A stretch of 55,270 nt of DNA. Origin: a virus (lineage: Duplodnaviria > Caudoviricetes). The notes below the pieces were generated by a model that worked only from the letters and a program-made list of their open reading frames with translations, did not search any database and was not told the DNA's origin. Every line of letters begins with the position of its first letter. Position 1 is the stretch's first letter. This document shows, in pieces, positions 32,596-42,306 of this stretch. The stretch covers positions 1 through 55,270 of IMG/VR virus record IMGVR_UViG_3300017956_000015. One strand, written 5' to 3'. The position numbers were made by a program, and so were the translations under genes.

Positions 32596-34215
32596 ATGGC
32601 ATACAAAATTAACAACACCTTCGGTACTTTACTGATCACGTTAGCGGATGGCACTATAGACACCGCAACAACGGACCTTACGCTTTTTGGTAAAGGGTAT
32701 GCAGGCTTTGGTGAGAAACTCAATGAAAACTTCGTCAAAGTATTAGAGAATTTTAACAACACATCGGCACCCGGAAACAAGCAACAGGGACAGTTGTGGT
32801 TTGACAAGACCAACAAACAGATAAACGTCTACACAGGTGACAAATGGAAACCTGTTGGATCAACAACAAATTCTACAACATCTCCAACCAACGCGGTACA
32901 GGGAGATCTTTGGTTTGACACCACCAATCTCCAACTGTACGTTTACAATGGTTCGGTGTGGGTTTTGATAGGTCCAACGTCAGTTGCGGGATCAGGGGTA
33001 ACACAGGTCATCACTGAGACTGTTTTGGACAACACGGGTGTGTACAGGTCTATACTAAAATTAGTCACACAAGACACAGTGGTGGGCGTGATATCAAATC
33101 TTGCCTTCACTCCTAGTTCCAGCGACACAGTGGGAGCGGCACTGATCACGGCAGGTTTCGCCAGCGTGGCACAGGGTATACAACTTTCTAGTTCTGTGTC
33201 GAATGCCAAGTTCAGGGGAACGGCCACTGACTCAGATGCACTGGGCGGAGTGGCAGTGGCAAACTTCCTAAGATCAGACCAGAATGATTCAACGACAGGA
33301 CACCTAGAGATCCTGAACGACAACGGTCTACGTATCGGAGCGAGCAGTGACATAGAGATGACCATGTCCGGAGACAATTTCACAATAGCGAACGTCACAC
33401 AAGACGGCGACATCAAGTTCACGGTAAATGACGGCGGATCCACTAAGAGTGTGATCACAATGCACGGTGATAGCGGTGACGTGAGGATACACGGAAATCT
33501 AACAATAGATGGTGACACAGTCACCAGCAACACTTCCACACTAACTGTGGAGGACAACATAATAGAACTTAACAGGAACATATCATCCGCGTCAGGTATG
33601 CCCAACTACTCGGGTCTGAAGGTCAACAGGGGTGAGACATCTGTGGCCACAGAACAGGATCTTTACTGGGTGTGGGATGAAACCTTTGCTGATGACGGAA
33701 CAACCATATATGGAAACGCGGGCGGTGCCTGGACTGCATTCAAGTCGGGTGGTGGAGACGAGCTGTCAGCACCCACTTTGGTGGACATAAGGGCCAACGT
33801 GGTACACGCAACGTCAACATCGGCGCAGTACGCTGACTTGGCAGAACGTTATGCCACAGACACAGAGGTAGAAGTGGGAGACGTGGTCATGTTGGGTGGA
33901 ACAGCGGAAATTACCAAATGCAATGACGAGTTGTCAGATGCAGTGTTTGGTGTGGTGTCTGAATCACCGGCATTTTTAATGAACGCACAGGCCGGCAACG
34001 ACGAGACACACCCCATGATAGCACTAAAAGGACGTGTTTTTGTCAAAGTAACGGGCACAGGGCAGGCAGGTGATCGTTTGGTGTCTGCGGGCAATGGCGA
34101 GGCACGTGTGGCGGACATGGAAGAATGTACCGCTTTTAACACGTTGGGACGCCTGATCAAGGCTAAATACAACGTAGAAACAGCATTAACAGAATGTGTG
34201 ATAGGAGTTAAATAA
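32596..34215 (+). CDS. tail fibre protein 2 with a C-terminal autoproteolytic intramolecular chaperone (peptidase G2-like)
   Basis: N-terminus paralogous to 19879 (GKGYAG.GE...ENF...LENF, GQLWFD, GDLWFD, GTAT..D.LGG); GNLT.DG and VEDNII.LN fibre motifs; C-terminal AQYADLAERY...GVVS..PA.LMN...IAL.GRV.VKV. Confidence 0.82.
   Translation: MAYKINNTFGTLLITLADGTIDTATTDLTLFGKGYAGFGEKLNENFVKVLENFNNTSAPGNKQQGQLWFDKTNKQINVYTGDKWKPVGSTTNSTTSPTNAVQGDLWFDTTNLQLYVYNGSVWVLIGPTSVAGSGVTQVITETVLDNTGVYRSILKLVTQDTVVGVISNLAFTPSSSDTVGAALITAGFASVAQGIQLSSSVSNAKFRGTATDSDALGGVAVANFLRSDQNDSTTGHLEILNDNGLRIGASSDIEMTMSGDNFTIANVTQDGDIKFTVNDGGSTKSVITMHGDSGDVRIHGNLTIDGDTVTSNTSTLTVEDNIIELNRNISSASGMPNYSGLKVNRGETSVATEQDLYWVWDETFADDGTTIYGNAGGAWTAFKSGGGDELSAPTLVDIRANVVHATSTSAQYADLAERYATDTEVEVGDVVMLGGTAEITKCNDELSDAVFGVVSESPAFLMNAQAGNDETHPMIALKGRVFVKVTGTGQAGDRLVSAGNGEARVADMEECTAFNTLGRLIKAKYNVETALTECVIGVK
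34209..34214 (+). promoter_or_regulatory. possible late promoter core (TAAATA)
   Basis: Same core as before other structural genes; overlaps the upstream stop, 4 nt before ATG 34219. Confidence 0.4.
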
Positions 34216-34218
34216 TTT

Positions 34219-35178
34219 ATGGCATACGTAGCAGGTGATAAAATCAAAGCAACTGAGTACAACACGTTTGTAAACAGTTCATCAGATCCTTATGGATACA
34301 ACCATTTCGCAGGAACAGGTTCAGGCGCATACGGTCTTGGACAAACCCACATAGGTGTGGTCTCAGGTGGAGACACAGTAATAACTGCCTCTCAATGGAA
34401 CACTCTTTTGACTGCAATGGACAACATAGCCAATCACACAAACGACACACTGACAGCGAGGACGCAGGTCAGTACAGGTGACACCATAGCCATCAAGGCG
34501 GCGGTCGCGGCAGACCTTGCCACACTGGCGGCTTCAGTAGCGGCAGGATCACCAAACGCGACAGCACTGGGAACCAACGCGGTAGGTTCATCGACCAACT
34601 CGGCCACATGGAACTCTTCTTCTACTATTGAAAGATCAGTAACATTCGCAAGTGCGGACAAGATGAGACACTTCTTCAACGCAGGCGGTAAGATCAGGAT
34701 TGATCCATCATGTATTACAGGTATCGACGGTTCAAAAGATGATGTGTTCAATGAGCTGACAGCAGTAGGGACAGGAAACCTAGACATCGGACAGACTGCT
34801 ACAACAAGATCAGGTTCAGGCGAGACACTGACCACAAACGGTCTGGCACTTGGTTTCAGAGATCTGACAACTTCTTACCAGACATTATTGAAATTGACTT
34901 CTAACAACGCAGGTTACACATCAAACACAGTTGAGTACCAGGCCAAACTGGACGCGGCTGTTGACTCTAGCACTGTGATCACGATCAAGATGATTTCAAC
35001 TGACGCGGCGGATGACGGAACATTTACCTCAGGAAACACATCGGGTGTACCGGCTAATCCAAACGAAGCACCAAGGATGACTTTGGCATTGATCGAAGTG
35101 TATCCAACCAATGCAGAAGGACTATCAGCGAACATACAGTCACTTTCTAACGCGGAAGTTTCAAACTCAGCATCGTAA
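34219..35178 (+). CDS. virion structural protein (tail/fibre-associated)
   Basis: MAY..GD.I.A.EYN, G.G..G.GQ, ITASQW..L, F......R.FFNAGG.I; Ala/Thr/Ser-rich. Confidence 0.68.
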   Translation: MAYVAGDKIKATEYNTFVNSSSDPYGYNHFAGTGSGAYGLGQTHIGVVSGGDTVITASQWNTLLTAMDNIANHTNDTLTARTQVSTGDTIAIKAAVAADLATLAASVAAGSPNATALGTNAVGSSTNSATWNSSSTIERSVTFASADKMRHFFNAGGKIRIDPSCITGIDGSKDDVFNELTAVGTGNLDIGQTATTRSGSGETLTTNGLALGFRDLTTSYQTLLKLTSNNAGYTSNTVEYQAKLDAAVDSSTVITIKMISTDAADDGTFTSGNTSGVPANPNEAPRMTLALIEVYPTNAEGLSANIQSLSNAEVSNSAS

Positions 35179-35191
35179 TAATTTTACCAGG

Positions 35192-35220
35192 TTGAATTAC
35201 CACCATAATTATTGTATAAT
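35192..35220 (+). promoter_or_regulatory. sigma70-type promoter (TTGAAT-17-TATAAT) opening enzyme cassette B
   Basis: -35 TTGAAT at 35192-35197, 17-nt spacer, perfect TATAAT at 35215-35220; ATG at 35227. Confidence 0.72.
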
Positions 35221-35226
35221 TGTGGC

Positions 35227-35544
35227 ATGGATATTGGCGAACTAAAAAAACAATCTGACCTTTCCTATGACATCTCAGTTGCCAAGCGCAACGCCTTGGA
35301 GAAGGCACACTCACGACTGATAGTCGTCTACGAGGAACACATATTCCGTGCGGATGCTGAGACCATCTGCCTGGCCAGGACTCTGATGGAGACCAATGAC
35401 AAGTTCTTCGTGTTGGACACGAATCAGAATCCTGTGGAGATTGTGAATCCAAAAGAATTTTTAAAGAAACTCATAGAGAGAAACCAGGAGGCCATTAGTT
35501 CGTATCATCAAATGTCTGAGACGTTTGCAAAGAGAGGCGATTGA
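35227..35544 (+). CDS. hypothetical protein
   Basis: MDIGELKKQ...VLDTNQNPVEI; ATG 35227 preferred because the longer start at 35212 overlaps the -10 box. Confidence 0.65.
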   Translation: MDIGELKKQSDLSYDISVAKRNALEKAHSRLIVVYEEHIFRADAETICLARTLMETNDKFFVLDTNQNPVEIVNPKEFLKKLIERNQEAISSYHQMSETFAKRGD

Positions 35545-36293
35545 TGACCAAGGGTGTATTGCTATTTTGCTTTGACACAGCAGAAGTAAAGTATCACAAG
35601 ATACTGGAACGTTGTGTCGCGCTCGTGAAGAAAAATTTAAAATTAGAGATAACAGTGGTGACAAACTTTGACACCTACAAAAATCTCAAACCGCTGGGTT
35701 TCATAAACTACAAATTCATAGAACCTGAACTGGGTAACACAAAGTTGGGCAAGGAATGGCGCAACGTGGACAGGCACCTGGCCTATGAACTTTCTCCCTA
35801 TGACACCACCATGGTGATGGACATCGATTACTTGCCGTTCTCGGACAACCTACGCAAGTTTCTGGACACAGGATATGATTTCCTGATCAGCAAAACTGCA
35901 CACGATCTAACAGGCAGGAACACCTTTGATCAGAGGCGCTGGAGCATGATAGACATGGTGTGGGCCACTGTGTTTGTGTTCCGCAAGGGCAAGAAGGCCA
36001 AGCGTGTGTTTGACACCCTGAAGTATGTGAAAGATTATTACGCTTACTTCTTGGAACTTTACAGGATATATGACAAGCAGTTCAGGAATGACTATGCATT
36101 TGCAATCGCCCTACAACAGGCCAACGGTTTCCTGGATTACGACACATTACCCATCAGTCTGCCAACTTTGCCGCCCGACTGTGAGGTACTGCAAATCGAT
36201 GATACAGGCATAGCCTGGAAGTATCAGGACCAGTTTAACTTTACCACAGATCAGGACGTACACGTTTTGAACAAGGAGTTGGCCAATGTCTAA
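35541..36293 (+). CDS. glycosyltransferase-like protein (GT-A fold)
   Basis: KGVLLF, AYELSPYD.T.VMDID (DXD), WATV..FRK, RND.AF.IA. Confidence 0.65.
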   Translation: MMTKGVLLFCFDTAEVKYHKILERCVALVKKNLKLEITVVTNFDTYKNLKPLGFINYKFIEPELGNTKLGKEWRNVDRHLAYELSPYDTTMVMDIDYLPFSDNLRKFLDTGYDFLISKTAHDLTGRNTFDQRRWSMIDMVWATVFVFRKGKKAKRVFDTLKYVKDYYAYFLELYRIYDKQFRNDYAFAIALQQANGFLDYDTLPISLPTLPPDCEVLQIDDTGIAWKYQDQFNFTTDQDVHVLNKELANV

Positions 36294-37080
36294 GGGATTC
36301 CTATGGTTCGCACAGAACAACGAAACCACTGACTATGTTGAGTTAAGCATTAAACTGGCGGAAAGCATAAAGTTGTGGAACAGTGAAAACAAGATATGTG
36401 TTGTGACCGATGAGAAGAGTAAATTTGAAAACAAAGCAGTGGACTATGTAAAAGTACTCAGACAAGACGACAGTGCTCAACACACAAACAAATGGGCAAA
36501 CGAACACAAAGCATTTTACATTTCTCCATTCACCCACACAATAAAATTAGAAAGTGATATGTTATGGACCACAAACACAGATTGGTGGTGGAATCATCTA
36601 TGGCAACACGATCTTGTTTTCAGTGTAGACTGTAGGAACTACAAAGACGAAATAGTCAAGAATACACCATATAGAACTTTGTTTGTGCGTAACAGTCTGC
36701 CAAATATCTACAACGGACTGATGTATTTCAGGAAAAGCAAAAAAGCACAGAAATTTTTTGACACGGCAAGTCATATCACACAGCATTGGCAAGATGTGAA
36801 AAAAACAATGTTAATAAACTGCCATGATGAATATCCAAGCACAGATGTCGTGTTCGCACTCGCTTATAGAATGATCGATCCCACAAACAGGAACCTGATA
36901 GACTATGACTGGTTCAAATTTTTACACCACAAACCTTCTGTAAACGGACTTGATCACACCAGGGATCATAACAATTATCTGTTCCCAAACAAAAATAAAA
37001 ACGCCTACTACCTAGGTCACAAGAGGGTGTCACGGGTATGGCACTACTTCGACAAGGAGATCGATGTCAGAATTTCTTAA
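36286..37080 (+). CDS. glycosyltransferase-like protein (paralog of 35541..36293)
   Basis: KGFL.FAQN...DYV, SPF..TIKLESD, YNGL.YFRKS, TD..FALA, F.H.KP, HY..K. Confidence 0.6.
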   Translation: MSKGFLWFAQNNETTDYVELSIKLAESIKLWNSENKICVVTDEKSKFENKAVDYVKVLRQDDSAQHTNKWANEHKAFYISPFTHTIKLESDMLWTTNTDWWWNHLWQHDLVFSVDCRNYKDEIVKNTPYRTLFVRNSLPNIYNGLMYFRKSKKAQKFFDTASHITQHWQDVKKTMLINCHDEYPSTDVVFALAYRMIDPTNRNLIDYDWFKFLHHKPSVNGLDHTRDHNNYLFPNKNKNAYYLGHKRVSRVWHYFDKEIDVRIS

Positions 37081-37366
37081 AGCATTCGAGCAACAGCCAA
37101 CACCACCGGTGAAGAAGCATTTCGTCACGGTGCAAGGCAAACAGTGCGAGGTCAGCCTCGAGAAGAAACTGGAGGTCATCAAAAATGGTGAGGAAAATTA
37201 TGTGATCACAAAGTTTGGTATAGCATTGAGAAAGCCGAGCAGACTAAAAACACGTTACACTGTACTCAAGCGAGCGGACAATGGTTACAAGTTCGAGCAT
37301 GGCGACATACACTGGCCAAACTCAGTAGAACAAAATGGAGAAACATGGCAGATAGAGTACGAGTAA
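37064..37366 (+). CDS. hypothetical protein
   Basis: 100-aa ORF with AAGGAG RBS, overlapping both neighbours. Confidence 0.6.
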   Translation: MSEFLKAFEQQPTPPVKKHFVTVQGKQCEVSLEKKLEVIKNGEENYVITKFGIALRKPSRLKTRYTVLKRADNGYKFEHGDIHWPNSVEQNGETWQIEYE

Positions 37367-38244
37367 GCGACCTAGACTTCGTGTACATCAGTTTCAAGGA
37401 ACCCAACAAGGAACACAACTGGGCAGACCTCAAGAACAAGGTGCCATGGGCCAAGCGTGTTGACGGCGTAGTGGGTTTTGACTCGGCACACAAGGCCGCG
37501 GCGGAATTGGCGGAGACTGAATTCTTCATAAGTGTTGACGGCGATAACATAATAGATGAATCGTTCCTGTTGGAGACGCTGGACTGGACGAAGACCAATC
37601 CCAAGGCAGTGCATCGCTGGAGGGCAAAGAACAACATCAACGGACTGGTGTACGGCAACGGAGGACTGGTGGGTTGGGACAAGCACACGTGCCTCTCCAT
37701 GAGGACACACGAGAACGCAGACTCGGAAGAGAACAAGATGGATTTCTGTTGGGGAGTGCCACATGAGAACCTGCACAACTGCTACTCGCAGACAGTGATA
37801 AACGCAACCGCACAACAGGCGTTTGTGGCCGGATTCAGGGAAGGCGTAAAGATGTGCACCAACAAGGGAATTCCTATAGAGCCTAGCAACTTCGCAAAGA
37901 TATGGCCAGTGAACCTACGCACACTGTCTACCTGGTGCACGGTGGGTGCTGACGTAGAGAATGGCAAGTTCGCCATGCTGGGTGCCAGGATGGGCAGTTT
38001 CTACACCGTAGTGGACCACAAGAACTACGACTTCGACGTGAGTGACCTCAACTCGATGGCGGACTATTTCCACTCAACGGTGCAACCGGCAAACATAGAT
38101 AGGGAATTAGAGATGTGGGGCAACAGCCTGAGGCAACAACTGGACTTACCCATAGCGGATTTTGATGACGACGACAGTAGGTTCTATAGGTTCGTCATGC
38201 CAGAACACATAAACAGAGGAGTGCAAGACCGTGAGTACAAGTGA
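37345..38244 (+). CDS. glycosyltransferase family 2-like protein
   Basis: D.VYIS..EPN...NW, RV.GV.G...AH..AA, F.SVDGD (DXD), N.INGL.YGNGG, AF.AGFREG.K. Confidence 0.68.
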   Translation: MADRVRVSDLDFVYISFKEPNKEHNWADLKNKVPWAKRVDGVVGFDSAHKAAAELAETEFFISVDGDNIIDESFLLETLDWTKTNPKAVHRWRAKNNINGLVYGNGGLVGWDKHTCLSMRTHENADSEENKMDFCWGVPHENLHNCYSQTVINATAQQAFVAGFREGVKMCTNKGIPIEPSNFAKIWPVNLRTLSTWCTVGADVENGKFAMLGARMGSFYTVVDHKNYDFDVSDLNSMADYFHSTVQPANIDRELEMWGNSLRQQLDLPIADFDDDDSRFYRFVMPEHINRGVQDREYK

Positions 38245-39601
38245 TTACAAGGCACAGGCCGAACACGCCAAGAAGAAACTGGCAGAGATATCGCCCACGA
38301 TGTGCCTGGCCAAGTGGAACCAGGTCTCACTGCACCTGCCCACTGGACTGACCAACAGTTGCTACCACCCACCCCTGCACGAGATAGACGCCGAACAACT
38401 GAAACACAATCCGGCCGCACTGCACAACACCGCGGAGAAACTGCGACAGCGTGAGCAGATGCTGAACGGTGAGCGTCCGAAAGGATGTAGTTACTGCTGG
38501 AAACTGGAGGACACGGGCGAGATGTCGGACAGGCACTACAGGTCCGGTGAGCCATGGGCCATGCAGGACTTCAACGAGATAAGACAGAATCCAATGACCA
38601 CAAGTTGGACACCCAGGTACGTGGAGGTAAACTTCAACCACGCTTGTAACTTCAAGTGTAGTTACTGTTCGCCACAGTTCTCCACAACCTGGGGCAAGGA
38701 AACCGAGAGGTACGGCGAGTTCCCCACAACACCACCACACAACGCACCCGAGCACTTCCAGGGCAGGAGGCGTCCGATACCAAACCGCGAGGACAATCCC
38801 TACGTGAAGGCTTTCTGGGAATGGTGGCCCACGCTGTACAAGAACCTGAAGCACTTCCGCATGACGGGAGGAGAGCCCATGATGGACCCAAACACGTATA
38901 AGGTCTTCCAATACGTCATAGACCATCCCAAGGATGACCTACATTTGAACATCACGTCAAACTTCTGCCCACCGGATCCCAAGTTGAAGACAAAATACTT
39001 CAACATGCTACAACAGATATGCCTGCAGGAAAAGGTGGAACACGTGATGCAGTTCGTCAGCGTGGATGCCTACGGCAAGCGGGCCGAGTACATACGTAAC
39101 GGACTAGACTTCGAATACATGATGGCGAATGTGGAGGAGTTCCTGGATCGTATTCCACACAGGAATTCGGTCACGTTCATAGTGACCTACAACAACCTCA
39201 GTGTCACCAGCATGGACAAGTTACTAGTGAAGATACTGGACCTGCGTAAGCGTTACAGCAAGGACTACCAGCGTGTGTGGTTCGACGTGCCACTGCTGAG
39301 ACAACCGGCGTGGCAACAGATAACCATGTTGCCCGAGTCGTACCAGAGCATACACGAGGACAACATAAAGTACATGGAGCAGAACTCCGGCGAGGACAAC
39401 GGGCTACACATATTCAAGGACTTCGAGATCCAAAAGATGCGACGCAATCTCGCATACTGGCGAGAAAACGCTGACGCGAGCGCATCTCTGAAAAAGAACT
39501 TTTACGCATTTTTTAATGAACACGACCGCAGGCGGTTGACCAACTTCCAGAACACGTTTCCTGAGATGTTGGAATTCTGGGAGGATTGCAAGAACTCATG
39601 A
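38231..39601 (+). CDS. radical SAM enzyme with N-terminal SPASM/twitch-like Fe-S domain (1 of 5)
   Basis: CNFKCSYC (CX3CX2C), TGGEP; N-terminal C.AKW...SCYH...GCSYCW. Confidence 0.9.
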   Translation: MSTSDYKAQAEHAKKKLAEISPTMCLAKWNQVSLHLPTGLTNSCYHPPLHEIDAEQLKHNPAALHNTAEKLRQREQMLNGERPKGCSYCWKLEDTGEMSDRHYRSGEPWAMQDFNEIRQNPMTTSWTPRYVEVNFNHACNFKCSYCSPQFSTTWGKETERYGEFPTTPPHNAPEHFQGRRRPIPNREDNPYVKAFWEWWPTLYKNLKHFRMTGGEPMMDPNTYKVFQYVIDHPKDDLHLNITSNFCPPDPKLKTKYFNMLQQICLQEKVEHVMQFVSVDAYGKRAEYIRNGLDFEYMMANVEEFLDRIPHRNSVTFIVTYNNLSVTSMDKLLVKILDLRKRYSKDYQRVWFDVPLLRQPAWQQITMLPESYQSIHEDNIKYMEQNSGEDNGLHIFKDFEIQKMRRNLAYWRENADASASLKKNFYAFFNEHDRRRLTNFQNTFPEMLEFWEDCKNS

Positions 39602-39677
39602 TAATAACACAAGGACATCATGTTCAAGAGTGACATACTCTGCCCACAACGAGAACTAGATAAGTTAAGGAATTACT

Positions 39678-41021
39678 ATGGATGATTTAGAATACAAAAA
39701 ACAGGTCTTAGACACAAAGAGTGCCAGTTTCTGTGGTGCCAAATGGTATAACGCCACGATATGGTTAGGGTCTGGAATGACCACTAGTTGCCATCATCCA
39801 TTGCCACATAAAATTGATTTTGAAGAGATCAAAATAAATCCCAGTGCCATACACAACACAAAACAAAAAAAGGAACAACGAAGGCAGATGCAGTCGGGCG
39901 AGAGACCCAAGGGTTGTGAGTACTGTTGGAAGATAGAGGACATGGGCAGAGACGCCATAAGCGACAGGGTATACAAAAGTAAAATCTTTTCAAACGAATC
40001 ACTAGACGAAGCATACAAAACAGACCATAACACAGATTGGAATCTTAAAACACTTGAGATAGCATTTGATAGAACTTGTAATTTTAAATGTACATATTGC
40101 AATCCAGCGTTCAGTTCTACATGGGCAAATGATATCAAGCAGAAAGGTGCCTACACAGGACTTAAATCTGATGGCAGAAACCATTACACACACAGTCACG
40201 AAAGTGCTGAACCGTATAAGAAAGATGAAACCAATCCCTACGTGGAAGCATTTTACAAATGGTGGGAAACCGATTTACACAAAAGTCTAGACGAATTAAG
40301 GATCACAGGCGGTGAACCCATGATGTCACCAAACCTATGGCGTTTGTTAGATTGGATAGAAACACAGGGCGATAAAATGAATCCCCATATGCGTATTGCA
40401 ATCAATTCAAATTTGGGAGCCAAGCAAAGCATAATAGATAGATTTAAAACAAAGTTAAAAAATTTTAAAAATTTCCATCTGTATACAAGTTGTGAGGCCA
40501 CATTCAAACAAGCCGAGTACATTAGGGACGGTTTGAATTATACAGATTGGCACAGTCAGGTACTCCATATGATGGTAGATAAAGTGCCAAGTGAGATACA
40601 CAACATGGCAACAATCAATGCCTTATGTTTGGAATCGTTACCGGAGTTCTTAGAGAAGATTGTGTGGTTGAAAAGTGCAAGTAAAGTTTATGGCCCAAAA
40701 ATCAACTATACACTTAATATTTTGAGGTTTCCGAGTTTCCAATCTCCGTTGGTGTTGCCAGACGATCTTAGGAATAAATTTAAGAGCGACATTGAAAAGT
40801 ACTTAACTACTAATGAGAAATGGTTAGAGGGTATGGAAATAAATCAAACACAAAGACTTATTGATTATCTTGATGTTGTCAAAACACCACACGCAGGTGC
40901 GGCCACACAGGATAAACTACAGAAAGATTTCAAAACATTTTACAGTCAATACGACAAAAGATCAGGAAAGGATTTCGAGAATACTTTCCCAATAATAGGA
41001 GAATGGTATCGTGGCATATGA
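39678..41021 (+). CDS. radical SAM enzyme with N-terminal SPASM/twitch-like domain (2 of 5)
   Basis: CNFKCTYC, TGGEP; N-terminal FCGAKW...SCHH...GCEYCW. Confidence 0.9.
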   Translation: MDDLEYKKQVLDTKSASFCGAKWYNATIWLGSGMTTSCHHPLPHKIDFEEIKINPSAIHNTKQKKEQRRQMQSGERPKGCEYCWKIEDMGRDAISDRVYKSKIFSNESLDEAYKTDHNTDWNLKTLEIAFDRTCNFKCTYCNPAFSSTWANDIKQKGAYTGLKSDGRNHYTHSHESAEPYKKDETNPYVEAFYKWWETDLHKSLDELRITGGEPMMSPNLWRLLDWIETQGDKMNPHMRIAINSNLGAKQSIIDRFKTKLKNFKNFHLYTSCEATFKQAEYIRDGLNYTDWHSQVLHMMVDKVPSEIHNMATINALCLESLPEFLEKIVWLKSASKVYGPKINYTLNILRFPSFQSPLVLPDDLRNKFKSDIEKYLTTNEKWLEGMEINQTQRLIDYLDVVKTPHAGAATQDKLQKDFKTFYSQYDKRSGKDFENTFPIIGEWYRGI

Positions 41022-42306
41022 GTACGGGGCCAAGGAGCCTGACAAGTTAAAGATAAAAGACATGACTCCACGTGAGAAGGAGTTGTTGATAGAGTCGGAC
41101 ACTTTCTGTATGCTTCCGTGGATGCACCTCCATGCGTACCCAGATGGTAGGGCATACCCTTGCTGTTTCGCATTTGATCCATATCCTGTTGGTGACCTGA
41201 ACAAGCAGAGCCTCAAGGAAGTTTTCAACGGCGACAAGATGAAGCAGATGCGATTGAACATGCTGGACAACAAGCCATGCAAGGAATGTGGCAAGTGTTA
41301 TGACCAAGAGCAGAGCGGATTCTTCTCGATGAGATTAAGTTCCAACAAGCATTTTGGACATAATATAGGACTTGTGGAATCCACACAGCCAGACGGATCC
41401 GCAGACTTCGTAATGAAGTACTGGGATATTAGGTTCAGCAACATCTGTAACTTCGCCTGCAGGAGTTGTGGCACATGGTTCAGTTCCAACTGGTACGAGG
41501 ACCACATCAAGATAACAGGGGGACCACCTAATCACGCCAAGATAATCAAGGTGGGCAGGTCCGCGGACGACATGTTCCAGCAGGTGCTTGATGAGATAGA
41601 ACATTCGGAACAGTTCTATTTCGCTGGCGGCGAGCCTCTGATAATGGAGGAGCACTACCGTATATTGAAGGAATTGGACAGGCGCAAGATGTATCACGTT
41701 AGATTGATATACAACACCAACTTCTCCAGATTAAAGTTCAAAGATATGGACGTGTTGGAGTTATGGAACAAGTTTGAATCTGTTTCAATAGGTGCCAGCC
41801 TTGACGCAGAGGGTGAGCGTGGTGAATTCTTGAGGAAAGGAACCATATGGGAGAACACGCTGGCCAACAGGAAAAGGATGATGGAGGTTTGTCCACAGGT
41901 AGATTTCTATGTGTCAGCCACCGTCAGCCTACCCAACGCACTGCACGTTGTGGATTTCCATAAGAGTTGGGTGGAGAAAGGTTTGATTAAGCCACAAGAT
42001 TTCAACTACAACCTATTACAGAGTCCCACGTGGCAGAGGATAGACATATTGCCCAAAGAGTACAAGCAACAGATAAAAGAAAAATATGAGGAACACATCA
42101 AATGGTTAAGACCCCTAGACCCGTTGACCAGGGCAATTAAGGGTTTTGAATCTGCCTTGGATTGGCTTTACAAGAGAGACCTACCTCAACATCTCGATAG
42201 GTTCTTTGAGAATACAAGGAAGTACGACAAAGTGAGGAACGAGAACTTCCTCGAAGTGTTCCCTGAATGGAAAGAATTATTCGAGAAGTATGAAAAACAG
42301 GATTAG
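41011..42306 (+). CDS. radical SAM enzyme with N-terminal SPASM/twitch-like domain (3 of 5)
   Basis: CNFACRSC, AGGEP, YNTN; N-terminal FCMLPW...PDG..YPCC...C.EC.KC. Confidence 0.9.
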   Translation: MAYEYGAKEPDKLKIKDMTPREKELLIESDTFCMLPWMHLHAYPDGRAYPCCFAFDPYPVGDLNKQSLKEVFNGDKMKQMRLNMLDNKPCKECGKCYDQEQSGFFSMRLSSNKHFGHNIGLVESTQPDGSADFVMKYWDIRFSNICNFACRSCGTWFSSNWYEDHIKITGGPPNHAKIIKVGRSADDMFQQVLDEIEHSEQFYFAGGEPLIMEEHYRILKELDRRKMYHVRLIYNTNFSRLKFKDMDVLELWNKFESVSIGASLDAEGERGEFLRKGTIWENTLANRKRMMEVCPQVDFYVSATVSLPNALHVVDFHKSWVEKGLIKPQDFNYNLLQSPTWQRIDILPKEYKQQIKEKYEEHIKWLRPLDPLTRAIKGFESALDWLYKRDLPQHLDRFFENTRKYDKVRNENFLEVFPEWKELFEKYEKQD

